From: Azolla caroliniana
Taxonomy: Eukaryota; Plantae; Polypodiophyta
Direction of reading: 5' to 3'
Length of the DNA: 64,000 nt
NCBI GenBank assembly: GCA_043228905.1
Contig: JBHGNT010000020.1
Span: 3,844,001 to 3,908,000 of the forward strand
The notes under the pieces are model-generated. The model searched no databases. It saw only the letters and a program-made list of their open reading frames with translations, and was not told the origin of the DNA. The first letter of the stretch is position 1; the number at the start of each line of letters is the position of its first letter. The translations under genes were made by a program, and so were the position numbers. Below, in pieces: positions 1 through 14,625 of the stretch.

Positions 1-631
1 ATGGGGCAAATTATCGCTTACAAAGGCTAATGGAAAGATTGAAAGAGGACATAGCCCAATAGTTAAGGCTATCGTGAAAAGTTGTAAAGGTAGAATAAGA
101 GATTGGCCACGCATGCTACCTTATGCACTATGGGCAGATCAGACAACACACAGTTTTGTAACAGGATATATGCTAGCTTAACTGATACTTGGCGAAAAGC
201 CATTCATGCCAATAAAAGAATCAATTATGTCATGGACATCTATTCCATGGAGAGAAGAGCTAAGCAGAGAAGAATTGCTTGCTTTTCGAATTCAACAATT
301 AGCAGCCCAACGATTGAAGGAGGCTCGATTGAAGAATAAAATTTGCTTTGATAAAACTCATAGAATTCGGCCTAAGAAAATAGAAGAGGGGGATTGAGTG
401 CTAGTGTATGATAATAGTTTAGATAATCAACATACCACTATCCGCAAGTTCACTGAAAGATGGTTTGGGCCCTACATAGTAAAGAAAGTATATGATAACT
501 TTACTTATAAGCTTAGCGAATTGGATGGGACACTATTACTAAACGTGGTAGCTAGAAAGAGGATAAAAGTATTTAAGAAAAGGTTTGACCTTGAACCTTC
601 TCCAGTAGATCAACATGAAGATGAAAGATAG
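1..631 (+). pseudogene. Ty3/Gypsy integrase C-terminal part (frameshifted), followed by a polypurine tract at 661-670
   Basis: Translated pieces NGKIERGHSPIVK, LPYALWAD, RKFTERWFGPYIV (GPY/F motif) across several frames; GAGGGGGTGG precedes TGTTGTGAAG. Confidence 0.85.
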
Positions 632-671
632 TGGCACATGCCGGAGGATGTGCAAGTCTAGAGGGGGTGGA

Positions 672-1484
<813 letters not shown>

Positions 1485-1559
1485 TAAAGTATAATGCCTC
1501 TTGGGTAATATGCAAGGCATATTACCCACTTCCCCATTAAATACACTATAATACAACAG

Positions 1560-3660
1560 ACAAAAAGGGTCGGTTCTATGCAAAAGAAGAAGAAGAAGTT
1601 TCGAAGTCCTCACGCACTTCCAACTCCTTTCCTTTCATCATTCTCTTCTCATACTTTGCCTGTTCTAGGTGCGTAATAAATGAGCTAGGTATATCGTTGT
1701 TTGTATCTCCAACTTTTTTGGAGCGAGGTGGTTTCTACAAACACAATGTATATTGGTTAGTGTCCACATTCACAATAAACAATTCAATTAGAAGTTTAAA
1801 GATACCCACCCATTCTCTAAATACAATAAAAAATTCTTCAAGAGCCTTCTATGATGATGTCACAGGGCATGCTTGTTCTACCTCCTCCCATGTAGGCAGT
1901 GATTGTTTCTTCATCATCAATTCTTGAGTCTTCATGTACACTTTATGGCTACAAACCAATAAATCATTAGTTAATCATTAAAACAATCCATGAAACTGAT
2001 TGATTACAATAACCAATATACTTATTACTGAACTTAGTAACCATCTCTTCTAAACTAAATTCCTTGGCAACTACACGTGAAAGTATAGATATCAATAATC
2101 TGTCATCTTTGATTCCTTGTAAAGACCGCCAAGGGAGCAGCTTCATGTCTTCGGGGAGCTCCTCGATTATCAAATCACTTTTACGCGATTTTGATTTAAT
2201 CTCCACTTGTGGATCCACTTTAGCTTTTTTTGATCGTTGACCTTTCACCTCTTTCCGCTCCCACCTACTAAATATCTTGTATTGCAAATCCCACACCTCC
2301 CTTGTTCTAAAAGCTAGTTGAAACCACGAATCATATTTTCTTAATCCTTCTGACTTTGTGCTTTCATCTACTACTATCCCCACCTCCAATAAACATTAGC
2401 GATGAAGTCTAGGATGTAGCTTGGGACCATATCTTTGTAATGCATCAAGATACTCATGGTGAAAGAATCGGATGCATTCTATACAAGACATTTTTTGTCT
2501 GTAGTTGTTGTTGTTATTATGGTCCTCCCAGGCCAATAACTTTGCCTCTTCATGTGTTAGGCCTGCGTACAGCTTGCATTTTTCATACTTCAAAAATGGA
2601 GTTAGAGGATATTCTTTGACGAGTTAACGTCTAGTTTTTGCTAAATGAGATCCACCTATGACATAATATGTATATAATCATGAGCAGAACTGTACTTGAA
2701 ATCTCTAGGCGAGGGACATTGTTCAGGGTCGACCATCATGAAAAATTGTAAGACCGTTGCATGGGGATTGATCTTCATTTTACTTTTTAAGTTTTGGACG
2801 TGCATAGAGTGGGGCTCTCGAATTTCTAGTGGACGTCTTCCGGTCACGGGATCCACGTGAGGTCTTTGAATCGAACAAATTGGCAAGTGAAAAAGTTGCC
2901 CTTTACGTTCAAGCTTTGTCTTGACAATGTTCTACCTTATTTTATTCTGCTCCGACGTGAGTACTCTTGATGACATTTGTACGCTTGGAGGAACCACATT
3001 GAGTTGTTGTTCCTCGTCTTCTTCATCTTGTACGAACTCAACTACATCAAGTTCGTCGTCATCAGGTTTTGCTCTTTTCTTATACTTCTTCTACTCTGGT
3101 TTAGACTTCACTGATTTTTTTGGAGGTGTCTCTGCCTCTGCAACCATTAGCTCCCCTATAATGTATGGACGAAGAGTCACAATAATATTATTTTTTGTCT
3201 TATTATCTTTACGCAATACTTTTAGAGCACAACACGCTGTCACCAGGTTTCCTTCATCCACTAGAACACGTCTAGTACCTCCCGAGCTTTCTACTTCAAG
3301 GATAAGTTTTGGGGAATCCGAATCCTCATATTCAATGTTTCAGAGTTTTCTGTATGTGAACGTTTTTCCCATCTCCAATTTGCTTTTTCCTAGAGATTTA
3401 GCAAACACCAATAAAAGTACTCCATCTTCTTCTACATAAACCAAACTCCATTCAAGGTCTACATAGTTCTTGGTCTTTGGTTCGTGAGGCTTGTCTTGAA
3501 GTAACTTTATTGTATTCCCAATTGAAGACTTTGAGGTGTCGTCACCACCGGACCCGAAGAGTGTTTTTCGGGACTTGTATTGCAAGAAACTATTGGACCC
3601 CCTTTTTATTGGTGATGGTATGTTAAACTTGAAAGATGGGAGTTTTTGTTGTGCCTCACT
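1560..3660 (-). pseudogene. Decayed, probably intron-containing gene with a ParB/Srx-like segment, probably TE-borne
   Basis: Collinear minus-strand ORF pieces 3340-3585, 2656-2886, 2396-2593, 1967-2389; reading across frameshifts gives LEIREPHSMHVQNLKSKMK...YYVIGGSHLAKTRR*LVKEYP...CKLYAGLTHEEAKLLAW. Confidence 0.5.
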
Positions 3661-3804
3661 AAAGCAAACAATAAATTTAAATAACTCACTTAAAATAAAA
3701 GAAAATTGTATTTTTATCTTACAAAAAGTATCAATTTAATGTCAAAAAGGAAAAACATAGACCAATTTTTGTAATGGGCAAACCTTGTCTAAAAACACAA
3801 CCTT

Positions 3805-3972
3805 TCAACAAGAATCCGATGTAGTGCATCGGATTCTCGTTGAATAGTTCCCTCTTCAGCCACAATCCAATGCAATGCATCGAATTGTGGTTGCAGAGTT
3901 ATGCATCATATTCTCGTTGAAGGGCATAACTCTTCAACCACAATCCGATGCACTACATTGGATTGTGGCTGA
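3805..3972. repeat. Three related imperfect palindromes (AATCCGATG-N5-CATCGGATT)
   Basis: aatccgatgtagtgcatcggatt (~3813), cacaatccaatgcaatgcatcgaattgtg (~3861), ccacaatccgatgcactacattggattgtgg (~3938). Confidence 0.75.
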
Positions 3973-4109
3973 AGACAGATGCCTTCATCCACAATTAAAT
4001 CTAGACCAATAGATTTTGTTTGACAATTCCTACCCAAAAAAAAAATCATCTTAAAAGGAATCTTTATGGAATCTTAAGAATGGGTTAAAAAAACTAACGA
4101 TTCGTTTGT

Positions 4110-6742
4110 ATTCCCTACCGAACATCCCTTGATCGGGATGTCGTCCAAGAATGGCATGGTGATGTCTAGGACGCAGTCCCTTAGTACCTTGTTCATCACA
4201 TTCACCATGTGCGCCACCAAGTTGGTCCCTCCCTGCGGCAGGGTACACATCCGCACTAGGCTGAGAGGAGTTCGCATCATTCGGGCACGCACCATGCAGC
4301 TCCTCTGTAGTGCGCGTCGCCACACGTATCTTCCACCCGTGCTTGGTGTTGATCAGCCATTTGCCTTTCTTATAGAAATCCATGGACATCAGGTTGATTT
4401 CGGGACCCTAGTCTATCAATGCCACCACCGGCTCCGGAACGTCCCCGGTCCGAACAGGGGTCTCCGTAGTGGCTCTGGCCCAATGCAACTTCGAATAGTG
4501 GCTGTCCGCCAACTCGTCCTCTAGGGCCGTCTCTTCTAGGCGAGTCGTCCGCACCTCCATAGGCTTCTCCGGCTCTGGCTCCGTCGAGAGCTGCTTACGC
4601 TTTACCAAGTCTACAATGGAGTCCTGGAACTCCTTCTTGGAAATCCCGAGTACCTCCCGTAATGACAGATCCACCTTGCTATCGAGGATCCGTTCCTCAA
4701 GGACCTTTCATAGGTCCATCGTTCGCTCGATTTCGGTGCTCAGTTGGAAGCCGACCTGCTTCTTTCTATCCGGCACGCTAGTGTTGGCGGCATCGTTTGG
4801 CTTCGGTCCGAACAGGGTCTCTTACCGTTGCGAGGGACCGGCCCCTCCAGCCTCTCCCGCGTGCTTGTCTTCTACCAAAACCTCGTAGTTCTGGCAAGCG
4901 GCTTCCACGAAGCTGATCTTCTCTTAAACCGGGTCGTCCCACCCGGAGACCTCCCGAATCCGCTGCTCTGCACAGTCTGCTTCCTCTTTCCTCAACCAAA
5001 CCCCAAACAGGCCTTCTAGCTCTAGTGGCCAGAATCTATATGTGACCCGACCGCGTCACACCACATGCACCGTTGCCCTGCCGACGGCCTCCGGTCACGA
5101 GGCTGTTCACCGCTATCTCTCCAGGCCTGCGCGATCTGGAGATCCCGCACCATTTGTGTCAGCTCTTCTAGAGCTGATGCCCTGGAGAGACCCTTGACTG
5201 CGTCGGAGGGGCCCGCACCCGACTCCAGCCAAGTTCAAGTCTCATCTTTCCTTACCGATGTCGGCCCCTCGATCTCCCTTGTCGGGACCGGCCTTGCTGC
5301 TGGTAATCCCTCGCCGCTCCATTCACGCCGTTTGTCGAAACGACTACAGACTTGTTTCACCACGACCCAGTCTGTCGTGAGCCCTTCGTCCATCTCTAAT
5401 AGGAGACCCACTTTCTCCGGGTCCAACGCGTCCACCGCTTTGACAAACAACAGGACCTGGCTCGTGTCAAGCACAGTCCAGTCCAACGCCGACAACCGAG
5501 CGAACCGTTTTTCAAATTCCTAGAGGAGCATAGACGTGTTCCTCGCCTTTCCGGGGGTCTCCACCCACTCCATGAACTCTCACTTTGATAGACGAAGCGA
5601 GTCATCGAGCCCATATTTCTCGACGATCCGAACTTCAAACTCTCCCTAGGTCCGACATCCAGCTTGTACCTCGGGAACCTCTACGTGAATGTCTGGCGTC
5701 GCCACCTGAGGGAAACCCGCCAACCGCCTATCTTCCGGAATGTCCCTCATCACCATTTCGGCCCAGTAGGCCTCCAAATAACTCGTGGCGTTCCTACCAT
5801 TGACCCAGCCTATCGCGCCAACAATCGCTTCAATGGCCCTGTCGAGGGCGCCTGTGCCCTCGCGAGCGCTTACTATCCAATCAACCCTTGCCGCTATGGC
5901 TTAAGCAAGCTTCGATCCCCTCATCTTCAACCCCTCTACCGCCTTGTTTCACGTCAGGTTCACCAAATTAATGTTGTGTAGGTCCACTCACGCGGGAGAA
6001 ACTAAGGTGGGACTGCGGGGGTCTTGGACCGAGGGGTTTAAGAGATCAAAAGGGAGAGAGAGAGAGAGAGAGATACGCGAGTGTATCTCCGGCTAGGCCT
6101 GCTCGTTGCCGGCAGTGTTACTGGCCGAATAAGACCCGAACGCGTATAGTCTCCGAACCTCATACACGCTCACCAGACAAGGTAGAGGGAACTCATGAGA
6201 ACACAAGAGAGAGAGAGAATAGAAGTTTCAATTCAATAACTAGCAAGGTTACAACCGGCAAGCCGGCAATAGGCCTGACACAGAGAACCCACGCACACAC
6301 ACGTGACACAGAGAACGCACGATGGAGCCTTTGTTGGAAGCACGCGGGCTCACACGCAGCAAAGGCAACCGTCGCAGAAACAGAGAGGCAACCTACCCCG
6401 AAAACATAGTGGAGAGCGACGATAAAGGAGGAGAGAGCTCGATACCCAGTTCGAGAGCACCTCGTCCTCGCCAAAACGCGATCCCTTTCTTCTTCTTCCC
6501 CCCTCCCATTTATAGGTCGCGGAGGAGGCCGTTACATCAAAACATATCAATTTTATTCTCTGTCCCTTCGGATAGAGATACGCGTTGATTTCATAGCTAA
6601 TAAATATGTCATACCTAGTATATTTACATCAGTCATCCTATTCCTAGTTATGTACAATGTATCAATTCGCACACACTCGTGCAAGGGCAGGTTCACGCCT
6701 TTAATTCCTTGATTCCTCTTAGGGCTGGTTTTCTTCACGACA
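4110..6742 (-). mobile_element. Internally deleted tRNA-Trp-primed Gypsy: 5' LTR 5972-6742, PBS 5948-5965, gag, protease and RT remnant
   Basis: LTR ends TGTTGTG...TTCTTCACGACA; PBS ttcacgtcaggttcacca; gag pieces homologous to the 734-aa ORF at 16559-18763; ALID protease motif; RT piece LPQGGTNLVA..FLDDIPIKG. Confidence 0.88.
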
Positions 6743-8921
6743 ACACGCCGACCCACCTCGTCCACCACTACCACGGGGCCGATCCGCCTGCGTGTACATC
6801 ATCTTGTTGTTGGCGTGCGTACTCATCGATGCAACCGAGTGGTTTTCTTCTATGAGCAACATCAATTGTAGCTCGAAAAATGAAGACGTATTCTCCCTCG
6901 TGTAGACCGCCGTTTAGAATGCTCTGAACTTCGACGCCAACCCTCCGAGTGTTACCGATTAGGAACACTGTCTACGCTCAGTCCTTCAAGGTAGACCTCA
7001 AGGTGAGCATGTTACAAGGAATGGAACTGTCTTCGCGTAAAGAGTAATGGGATACCACCTCATATCCTGGTAACGTATAAGGGAGACGGCTACAACCGAA
7101 CTCCTTATGAAGTGCACTAGTATACACACTTACGCTTACACACACTTACAAGTTAAACAGGACGCAACAGAGTAACAATGGACTGTCACGCAGATAGACA
7201 CAGATATGCACAGAGATAAGAGAATATAGGATTCTATTAGAAAAACGTCCTGCACTCAAAATTACACGGTACCTCTTACAGAGGATTTCTACCCTTTATA
7301 TACACAGGACTTTTAGCCATTCATGTTTCCCACGTGCACCGTTACATTCGTTTCTTAACGCTTTACTATATTATAATATTTCTGTGCTTCTATCTGTCTG
7401 TTACGATTCTGATGAACAACACCTGGCACGCCTGTGGGACAGTGCCATGGCACGTCGGACCCATCCCTTTATTCTTCCTCCAAAATATCCCGGATGTTTG
7501 GTTCCGCTCCTACAAACTGGTCTAGGGACGACGTAGTGCCCGTAGGCGCGTCGTTGCTCAGTTGCATGTATTGTACTTGCTCGGTCGTCATGGGGGTTTC
7601 CATGGCGTCAACTTCTCCCTGCGTGGGCGGACCTGGCTCTGCTGGCTCATTCCGTTCTACTATGGCTGGCTCTTCCGTCTGCGGGCTCTCCGTAGGCTGA
7701 GGCATTGTCCTGTCCGTAACTTCCTCAGTGTTTCCGAACGTAGTTGTCATCTCCGGTGAATTGGGCTGAGGTTCCTCCTGTTTGGTGGTATCGCTATCTA
7801 GTATCGCGATGGGCTCCGCTCTTTACCGCGTGCTGCCTGCTTCCATGATTTGGTGAAACATATCCTCTTGACTTTCGCCGAAATCTTCCAGTAGCTACAC
7901 GAGTTCCTTGGAGTATTGGTCCACTAGCGTGCGATAATCTTGTCCTAGGTCCTCGCGTACTGCCGCAATGACTTCCTCATTGAGTTTGTAGAAACCTCAA
8001 CCTTCTTTCCTACGGTTCTCCCAGTCCGCACGGTAGGTATGCAACTCCGCCGCTTGTGTTGCCCACGCCATCCAGCCTTTGTCTAGCGCCGCTTGTAATT
8101 GCGTCGTAAACCTCTCCCGATTTGTTTGATGAAGTATGTGTACGTTATCGGTTATCACTTGGCAGCGGTTTTGTGCTTCTTCTAGGGTTTTTTTGAGGTT
8201 TTCGATTTCTCGCGTGATACCTTAATTTGCTGCGTTGCCAAAAATTCCATGAGTTTGTAAGTTGTTCCGAATTGTAGTAGCGCACTGAGCTCATGGGTTG
8301 TATTCGGGATGTCTGGGTACTTTAGGACTTCGCTTTCTGCCGTGAGTATGCCTTTCCCACGCTGCGACTGGGCCGTAATGATCGGCCGTGGTTCTCAGAT
8401 TATTTCTAAAGTGGTGTTGGGCTCCATAGCTGCGGAACTGTCGACCAAGGCGGTGGTGTCTGTGTCCGCAGTTGTGTCTTTGACCAGTCCGCGCCCATCT
8501 TTCCTGTCCAGCCTACGCCGTTTCGGCCTCAGGCTTTCCTGGTGTTGCTCGGCTTCCTGCTCCTGTGGGGCTTCATCCCTGCTTGCCGGTTGTTCTTCCT
8601 GTGTTGTTCACGTGCTGGGTTTGGAAGATTGTGGTTCATCTTCCCATTCTGTGGTAGCCAACTCGTCTAACCGCTGTTTCGCGGAACGTGGCGGCGGCGT
8701 GGGTTTACTGGGCTGTGGTGCGGGCTGACCTCGGGGTGGGAATAGTATCGTCAGATATTGTTGTATGATTGGCCTTAGTTTTTTGCTGCCCTGATACGCA
8801 TGCAGGACTTCCTATAAAGCTGGTCTCGTAATTATCCCCCAATCGACTGCGCGCCCTTCAAAGGTATCAATGATGATGCCTACTTTTTGCTTTGGCATCC
8901 CATAGGCATTTACGTGCACAT

Positions 8922-10275
8922 TGTCGCGAAAATACGACGAGGATACGTGAACGTTGAGGCAAGACCCCGGGGCCTTTGACTAGAGGATATCAAATTCGTG
9001 TATCTATGTACTAAGAATTAACCAAAATGAGAAAGATTAACAAATTTCATTAACAAGTAGAAAGAAAGATTACAATTAATCCCAAGATTGGGATTACAAA
9101 AAGTGTGCTAATGGAGATGGCTAGAGTAATAGATTAGAGGAAATTAAGATATGAATTCTATAGAAAATTAGGGTTTTTAGCTTTGATAAGAGATTATGGT
9201 TTTATGAATTGAATAGCTTATGTATGGAAATTTAGGGTTATGAGTAAGATATGGTTTCCGTAAGGAAATTAGGGTTTTACTTGAGAGATATGGCTTCGAT
9301 AAGATAGGGGAGCTCCAAGAAAAGAAAAAAAATTAAGATAATATGGAGAGTGAGTCCCAGTGTAGGAAAAAAATGGAATATATATGGAGTTCTCCCTTGA
9401 TCATAGCCTTTCTACTTTTTGTTCCATGGCCTCTACTTTTAGTTGCATCTATTTTTAGTTGCATGGCTTTTTTGTTTAGTTGCATGTGACCGTCCACATG
9501 ACCTTTACTTTTTGCATGCACTCCAACTTTAGTTGCTTGCGTTTACATGGCCTTTACTTTAGTTCTCTTCACTTTACTTTAGTTTGTTGCATGATCCAAT
9601 CTTCCGTCCGTCCGTGTCCAACCTCGTCCGGTAGCCGGTTCCTGTTTTGCTTACCGGCCGGTTTCCGGTTTTGCTTGCCGGCTGATTCCGGTCCCAGTTT
9701 GCTTGCCGGTTCCGGTTTTGCTCGCCAACCGATTCCGGTTTTGCTTGCCGATTCCGATTACGGTTTGCTTGCCACTTCTGGTTCCAATTCCGGTTTTGCT
9801 TGCCGGCTGGTTCCAGTACCGATTTGCTTGCCGGTTCCGGTTTTGCTTACCGGCCGGTTTCTAGTTTGCATACCGGCCGGTTTCCGGATTTGCTTACCAG
9901 ACCGGTTTCCGGATTTGCTTACCAGCCGGTTTCCGAATTTGTTTACCGGTCGGTTTCCAGTTTTAGGGAATCTGGCCACCATCATCCATTAAGACAAAGT
10001 GGCCAAAGTGCTCTTAACACAAATGAAAAATGAGGGAGCTCAAGGTGCTTATATAGCCAGGGCCTTAACTTTCCTATCTATGTGGGATAGTTCTAATTTC
10101 CCTATCTTCTCAAACTTTATTTTCACATAACTTGATATGTATTTCTCCATTTTGTATATAGTAAAAACATTTTGAAGCTCTTGAGTATATCCATCTTTCT
10201 ATAATAAGCTACTAATCTAATCTATAATAATTATTTCATTATTTTTTTACATAGTGTGTGAAGATTTACACGACA
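8922..10275 (-). mobile_element. Solo LTR of the Trp-primed Gypsy family inserted in the extra ORF
   Basis: TGTCGCGAAA...TTTACACGACA; host frame EVGC|VHVNAYG is restored on removal; flanks ACAT/ACGC fit a decayed 4-bp TSD. Confidence 0.8.
9625..9965. repeat. Degenerate ~20-bp CCGG-rich tandem repeat inside the LTR
   Basis: Repeated ccggtttccggatttgctta / ccggttccggttttgcttg units. Confidence 0.85.
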
Positions 10276-13113
10276 ACGCATCCTACTTCCAACAAGAACT
10301 TGGCTATTTCTAGAAAGAAGGGCTCGGGGATTTCCTTCATCCTGTATGCTTTGGCAGACACCGAATATGCCCCGAAATATGTATGCAGGGTTTCCGTAGG
10401 AGGGATGTCAAAATGTTTCTGCCCAATCGATGATAAGTCAAGCTTCTTCCGGATGGTAGCGTTGGTGACCGTGCCTATGTTGAGCTTCCTGGCAATTTGC
10501 AAGGCTTCAGGGCGAGCAGGTGCCTCGACGACTTTGATGTATACATCCAGTCTCTTTTCAAGGAGCCATCTGCGCGGCGAAAATAGTGATCGGCATCGTA
10601 GGTGGATGGGATTCGTAGTTAGTGGGTGATGTTTGTTGGCTATGGCGGGCGTGGGCTCTATGGTATGATGGGGAGTAGGGTGAGTGAGGAGAGCGACGAA
10701 AGAGAGGAGGGTTAAGGGTTGAAGATTGTTTTCTGCACTGTGCAGAAAACCTTCCGCTTTCCTCTTTTTGTGGCCTAGGGTTCATTGGCATGTGTGCCAT
10801 CGTGGTGCCGTGTGTTCTTGCTCTAGAAGTTTGTGCATGCATCAAATCCTTTTAATAGCGTCACTCTCTTCTTCTTCTTCTTCTTCTTCTTCTTCTTCTA
10901 ACGATTAAATACATATTGTTGTTACACTATAATACAGGTTTGTCCCTTTAATTAATCTGCGGGTTCTTCGACCGTGTCGTTTACGGCGTGGAATAGGTTT
11001 GGTGTCACCGGTCCTAGGTAGGGTTTTAGTCAAAACCCATTCACCTTTTGTCGTAACACTTCTCCGGCCAGGGTGCCTAGTTGAAACGTGTTGTTTTCCG
11101 TGCCAACTATCCAATACGGCCCCGTCCATCAGAATCTTAATTTACCTAGCATTTGTGCCATTAGTGTTTGAAAGACTAAGACCGCTTTGCCGACCGCAAA
11201 ATCTTTTTCACACGCCTTTCGATGTCGGTCCACGAATGCTTTACACCGACGTTGCTCTTGTTCCAATATGGCCATGCTTTGTAATCGTGTCTCGCATGTT
11301 CGAGCAGCTGTTGTAGCCGTATTTGTTCGGATTTGTCTTCTAATAGCCGGTCTCGTACCTGAATCCGCAGACTGGGTACCTGAAATTCGACTGGCATTAC
11401 GGCCTCCAGCCTAAATGCTAGCCGGGAAGGCGTGGATTGTATGCTAGTCTTATAGCTAGTTCGGTACACCCATAATGCGTTGTGTAATTTGGTATCCCAG
11501 TCTGTTTTGTTCTCATTAACGATCTTTTGTTCGTGGACTCCGCTAAACCATTCGCTTGTGGATAATATGGCGTGCTCTTCTTGTGGACAACGGCATAGTG
11601 TTGTGTCAGCTCTCGGATGACCAAATTTAGAAAGTGGCTTGCTTGGTCGCTAATGAGCTTGATAGTGTAGCCAAAACGACACCAGATGTGTTCGTAAAGA
11701 AATTTCGCTGTCACTGCCGCGGTATTTTCTCGTAGTGCTTTCGCTTCCACCCACTTGGTGCAATAATCAGTAGCCACGAGTATATCTTTATTGCTAGTCC
11801 GAGCTGCCGCCGGTGTAAACGACCCCACGAAATCAAGTCCCCATTTTTGGAATGGATCCAACGGCAACACTGGTTGATGTGGCATCCTTGCGACCTCCAT
11901 GGGCTGGTCAATCCGTTGACACAGATCACATTGTTTGCAATATTCATACGCATCCTTTTGCATAGTCGGCCACCATAGGCCGTCTTGCTAGACTTTACGA
12001 GCCGTAACATCACCTGTGTAGTGTCCTCTTGTCGTACCATAGTGAGCTTCGCATAAAATCGCTTCCTTCTCATCATGGCGTATTCCGCGTCGCTAGATTA
12101 CGTCGTTGCCTTTGTGATACAAGACACCTTCGACCAAACAGAAGTTACGACTTCGGACGGCCAATTGTTTCTTTTCGTCAGTCCTTAATTGCAGCGGTGG
12201 TAATCCTGTGATCCAAAAAAATGTCATCTCCATCAACCAACGATCGGGAAAAGTTTTTTCCGTACGTGTCACTATAGTTGCAATCCATAGGATGTTTGCA
12301 TTAGGAAAGTCGTCATCATCCTTTCGCACCATTTCTCCATTATCAAGCCTGCTTAAGAAATCCGCTACAGCGTGTTGCGTACTAGGTCGATGTTGTATAA
12401 CAAAGTCGAACTCCTAGAGCAACAACATCCATCTAGCCCATTTTCTTGTTAGCATCTGCTTCCCCCCCAGGTATACCAACGTCGTATGGTCCACGTGAAA
12501 CGTAAATTTCCACCCCAATAGATAATGTCGGAATTTATTGATGTTTTATATCATCCCCAACACTTCTCGTTCTGTTGTGGAGTAGTTACGCTCCACCTTT
12601 GATAGCTTCCTATTGGCGTAATACATTGGCCTGTACCAATTCGGCTCCGTGAGTTGCATCAACGCACTACCTATTGCTATGTCTGAGGCATCTACAAAAA
12701 TGTGAAATGGTTTCCCCCAATCTGGTGGTTGTATGACTGGTTCTTGAGTCGACATTATTTTAAGCACATCGTATGCTTTTTCTTCAGTTGCCGTCCAGTT
12801 GAAAGGTGTACGATGGACGACGGCATGTAACGGCGTGGCGAAATCCGCCAAATATCGTAACATACGACTATGCCAACGTATTTGTCCTAGAAAACGACTG
12901 AGTGCTTTGGCCGTTGTCGGCATTTTTGCTTGAATGATCGCTGAAATTTTATTAGGATCCACCGTTATCCCCTCCTTGTTGACAATGTGGCCGAGGAGGG
13001 CTCCGCTTGTGACGCTGAACGCGCATTTGGCTGGATTTAGGCTTAAGCGTGCAACTTGGCAGCACTCCAAACACAGTCGTAAATGACTCAGATGGTCGGA
13101 TGTTGTCCCATAC

Positions 13114-13569
13114 TGTTACGGGCATGACCATTTAATATCCCGAGGTGAGAATTTACCGTAGTATTCTATACACGTGGATAAGTGTGAGGGTTAAACGAGA
13201 GTGTAAAGAAGGGGAGGATTACTTTTAATCCTCGGGATTGAGACAACCCATTAGGTCAAGTGTGAACTTGCCTGGGGGCCTTGGGTATCGCTATAAATAA
13301 GAGGCCTAGCTACCCTCACTTGATCATCTTTTTGACTACATCGAGACTCTGCTCTTGTGGTGGGTCAACTCTGGTAGCGAGCGCGCCAGCACCAGGTACG
13401 ACTCGACGCCACGGCGGTGGTATGGGATGCCGATCGAGGCTCGAGTCCTTCTCGATCCCTTCGCTCGGGGGTGGTCGGGTGGATCGGCACCCTTCTTTCT
13501 CTTTCTCCTTTCTATCTATCATTACTTTATCCTTATCTTAAGCTTACTTTAGTACCTAGATCTCTAATA
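13114..13569. mobile_element. Solo LTR with 5-bp TSD CATAC, inserted in Gypsy RT
   Basis: catac|TGTTACGG...CTCTAATA|catac; splits RT just after FLDDF. Confidence 0.88.
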
Positions 13570-14625
13570 CATACACTGTGAAATCATCCAGAAAGACTTG
13601 CATGAAGGAGGGTATGTAATCCCCAAAAATTTCCGTAATTGTCCATTGGAATGTAGCATGCGTCGTCTTTACCCCGAACATCATGACTACCGCAACATAA
13701 ACTCCCCAGTCGGTGACAAACACCGTCTTCTCTTGGTCGTCAGGATGCATGCGTACTTGATTGTATCCACTAAAGCCATCTAGAAAACTATGTATGTCAT
13801 GCCCTGTGACTGCGTCCAGTACGTTGTCAGTGAAAGGTAAGGGAAACGTGTCTATAATAGTTACGGCGTTCAATTTCCGATAGTCTACGCAGACGCGGAT
13901 TTTTCCATTTTTCTTCGGGGCTATGACTATTGGGCTCAGCCACGTAGCTTGCTTGACTGGTCGAATGAATCTAGCCTTGAGAAGTTTGTCAATTTCTTCT
14001 TTTACGCAAGCCGCGTAATTCGGATTCATTCGATATCGACGTTGCTGAACAGGTTTCGCGTCGGTAGCTAAATTGATCTTATGCTGGTAGAATTTTGGAT
14101 CTAATCCCTTCATGTCTTCGTGAAACCACGCGAACACATCTTTATATTCCTTGAGGAGACCTAACATCGCCTCTTTCTGATCCGGTAGTAAGTCTTTTGC
14201 GATGGAGAGTAATCGAGAATCTGTTGTCGTTCCTACGTTAACTTCTTCCAACGTTGGGGCAGTGACTCGTCGTGAAATTTCCATTTCTTTCTCGAATGCG
14301 GCCCATGCTCGATTTAATTCCATTATCGACTCTGGGTCCGGTTCATAAGCCTCTTCATGAAGTGTAGTGGGAGTAGCGTACTGCGCCGCGGTTTCTATTA
14401 CGTCAATTTCGAATAGCGGGATGATTCGCGGGTGCTCATCCAGGTATGCTATCAGCTCTGTATCATCCACTCCTTCCAGCATATTTATGTCTTCCGCGTA
14501 CAATGGTGTCATTCCTTTTGGTTGCGCCGTTATTTCTTCATTACTTTGTGGCGTCCTCGTCGGAAACTGATACAATTATGTTGCCAACTCTGTTTGATGT
14601 TAGCCGAATGAAGCCAAGGTCTGCC

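Larger units (their letters stand above)
6743..14620 (-). mobile_element. Second Ty3/Gypsy element (non-chromovirus, Athila/Tat-like), 5'-truncated: RT-RNaseH-integrase, extra 3' ORF and probable partial 3' LTR (~6743-7441)
   Basis: RT 13556-14575 (FLDGFSGYNQ, FLDDF), RNase H 12546-13070 (FVDASD), integrase ~11176-12330 (WGLDFVG, LISDQASHF, YPQANGLAE); decayed extra ORF ~7469-10845; hosts two solo LTRs. Confidence 0.85.
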
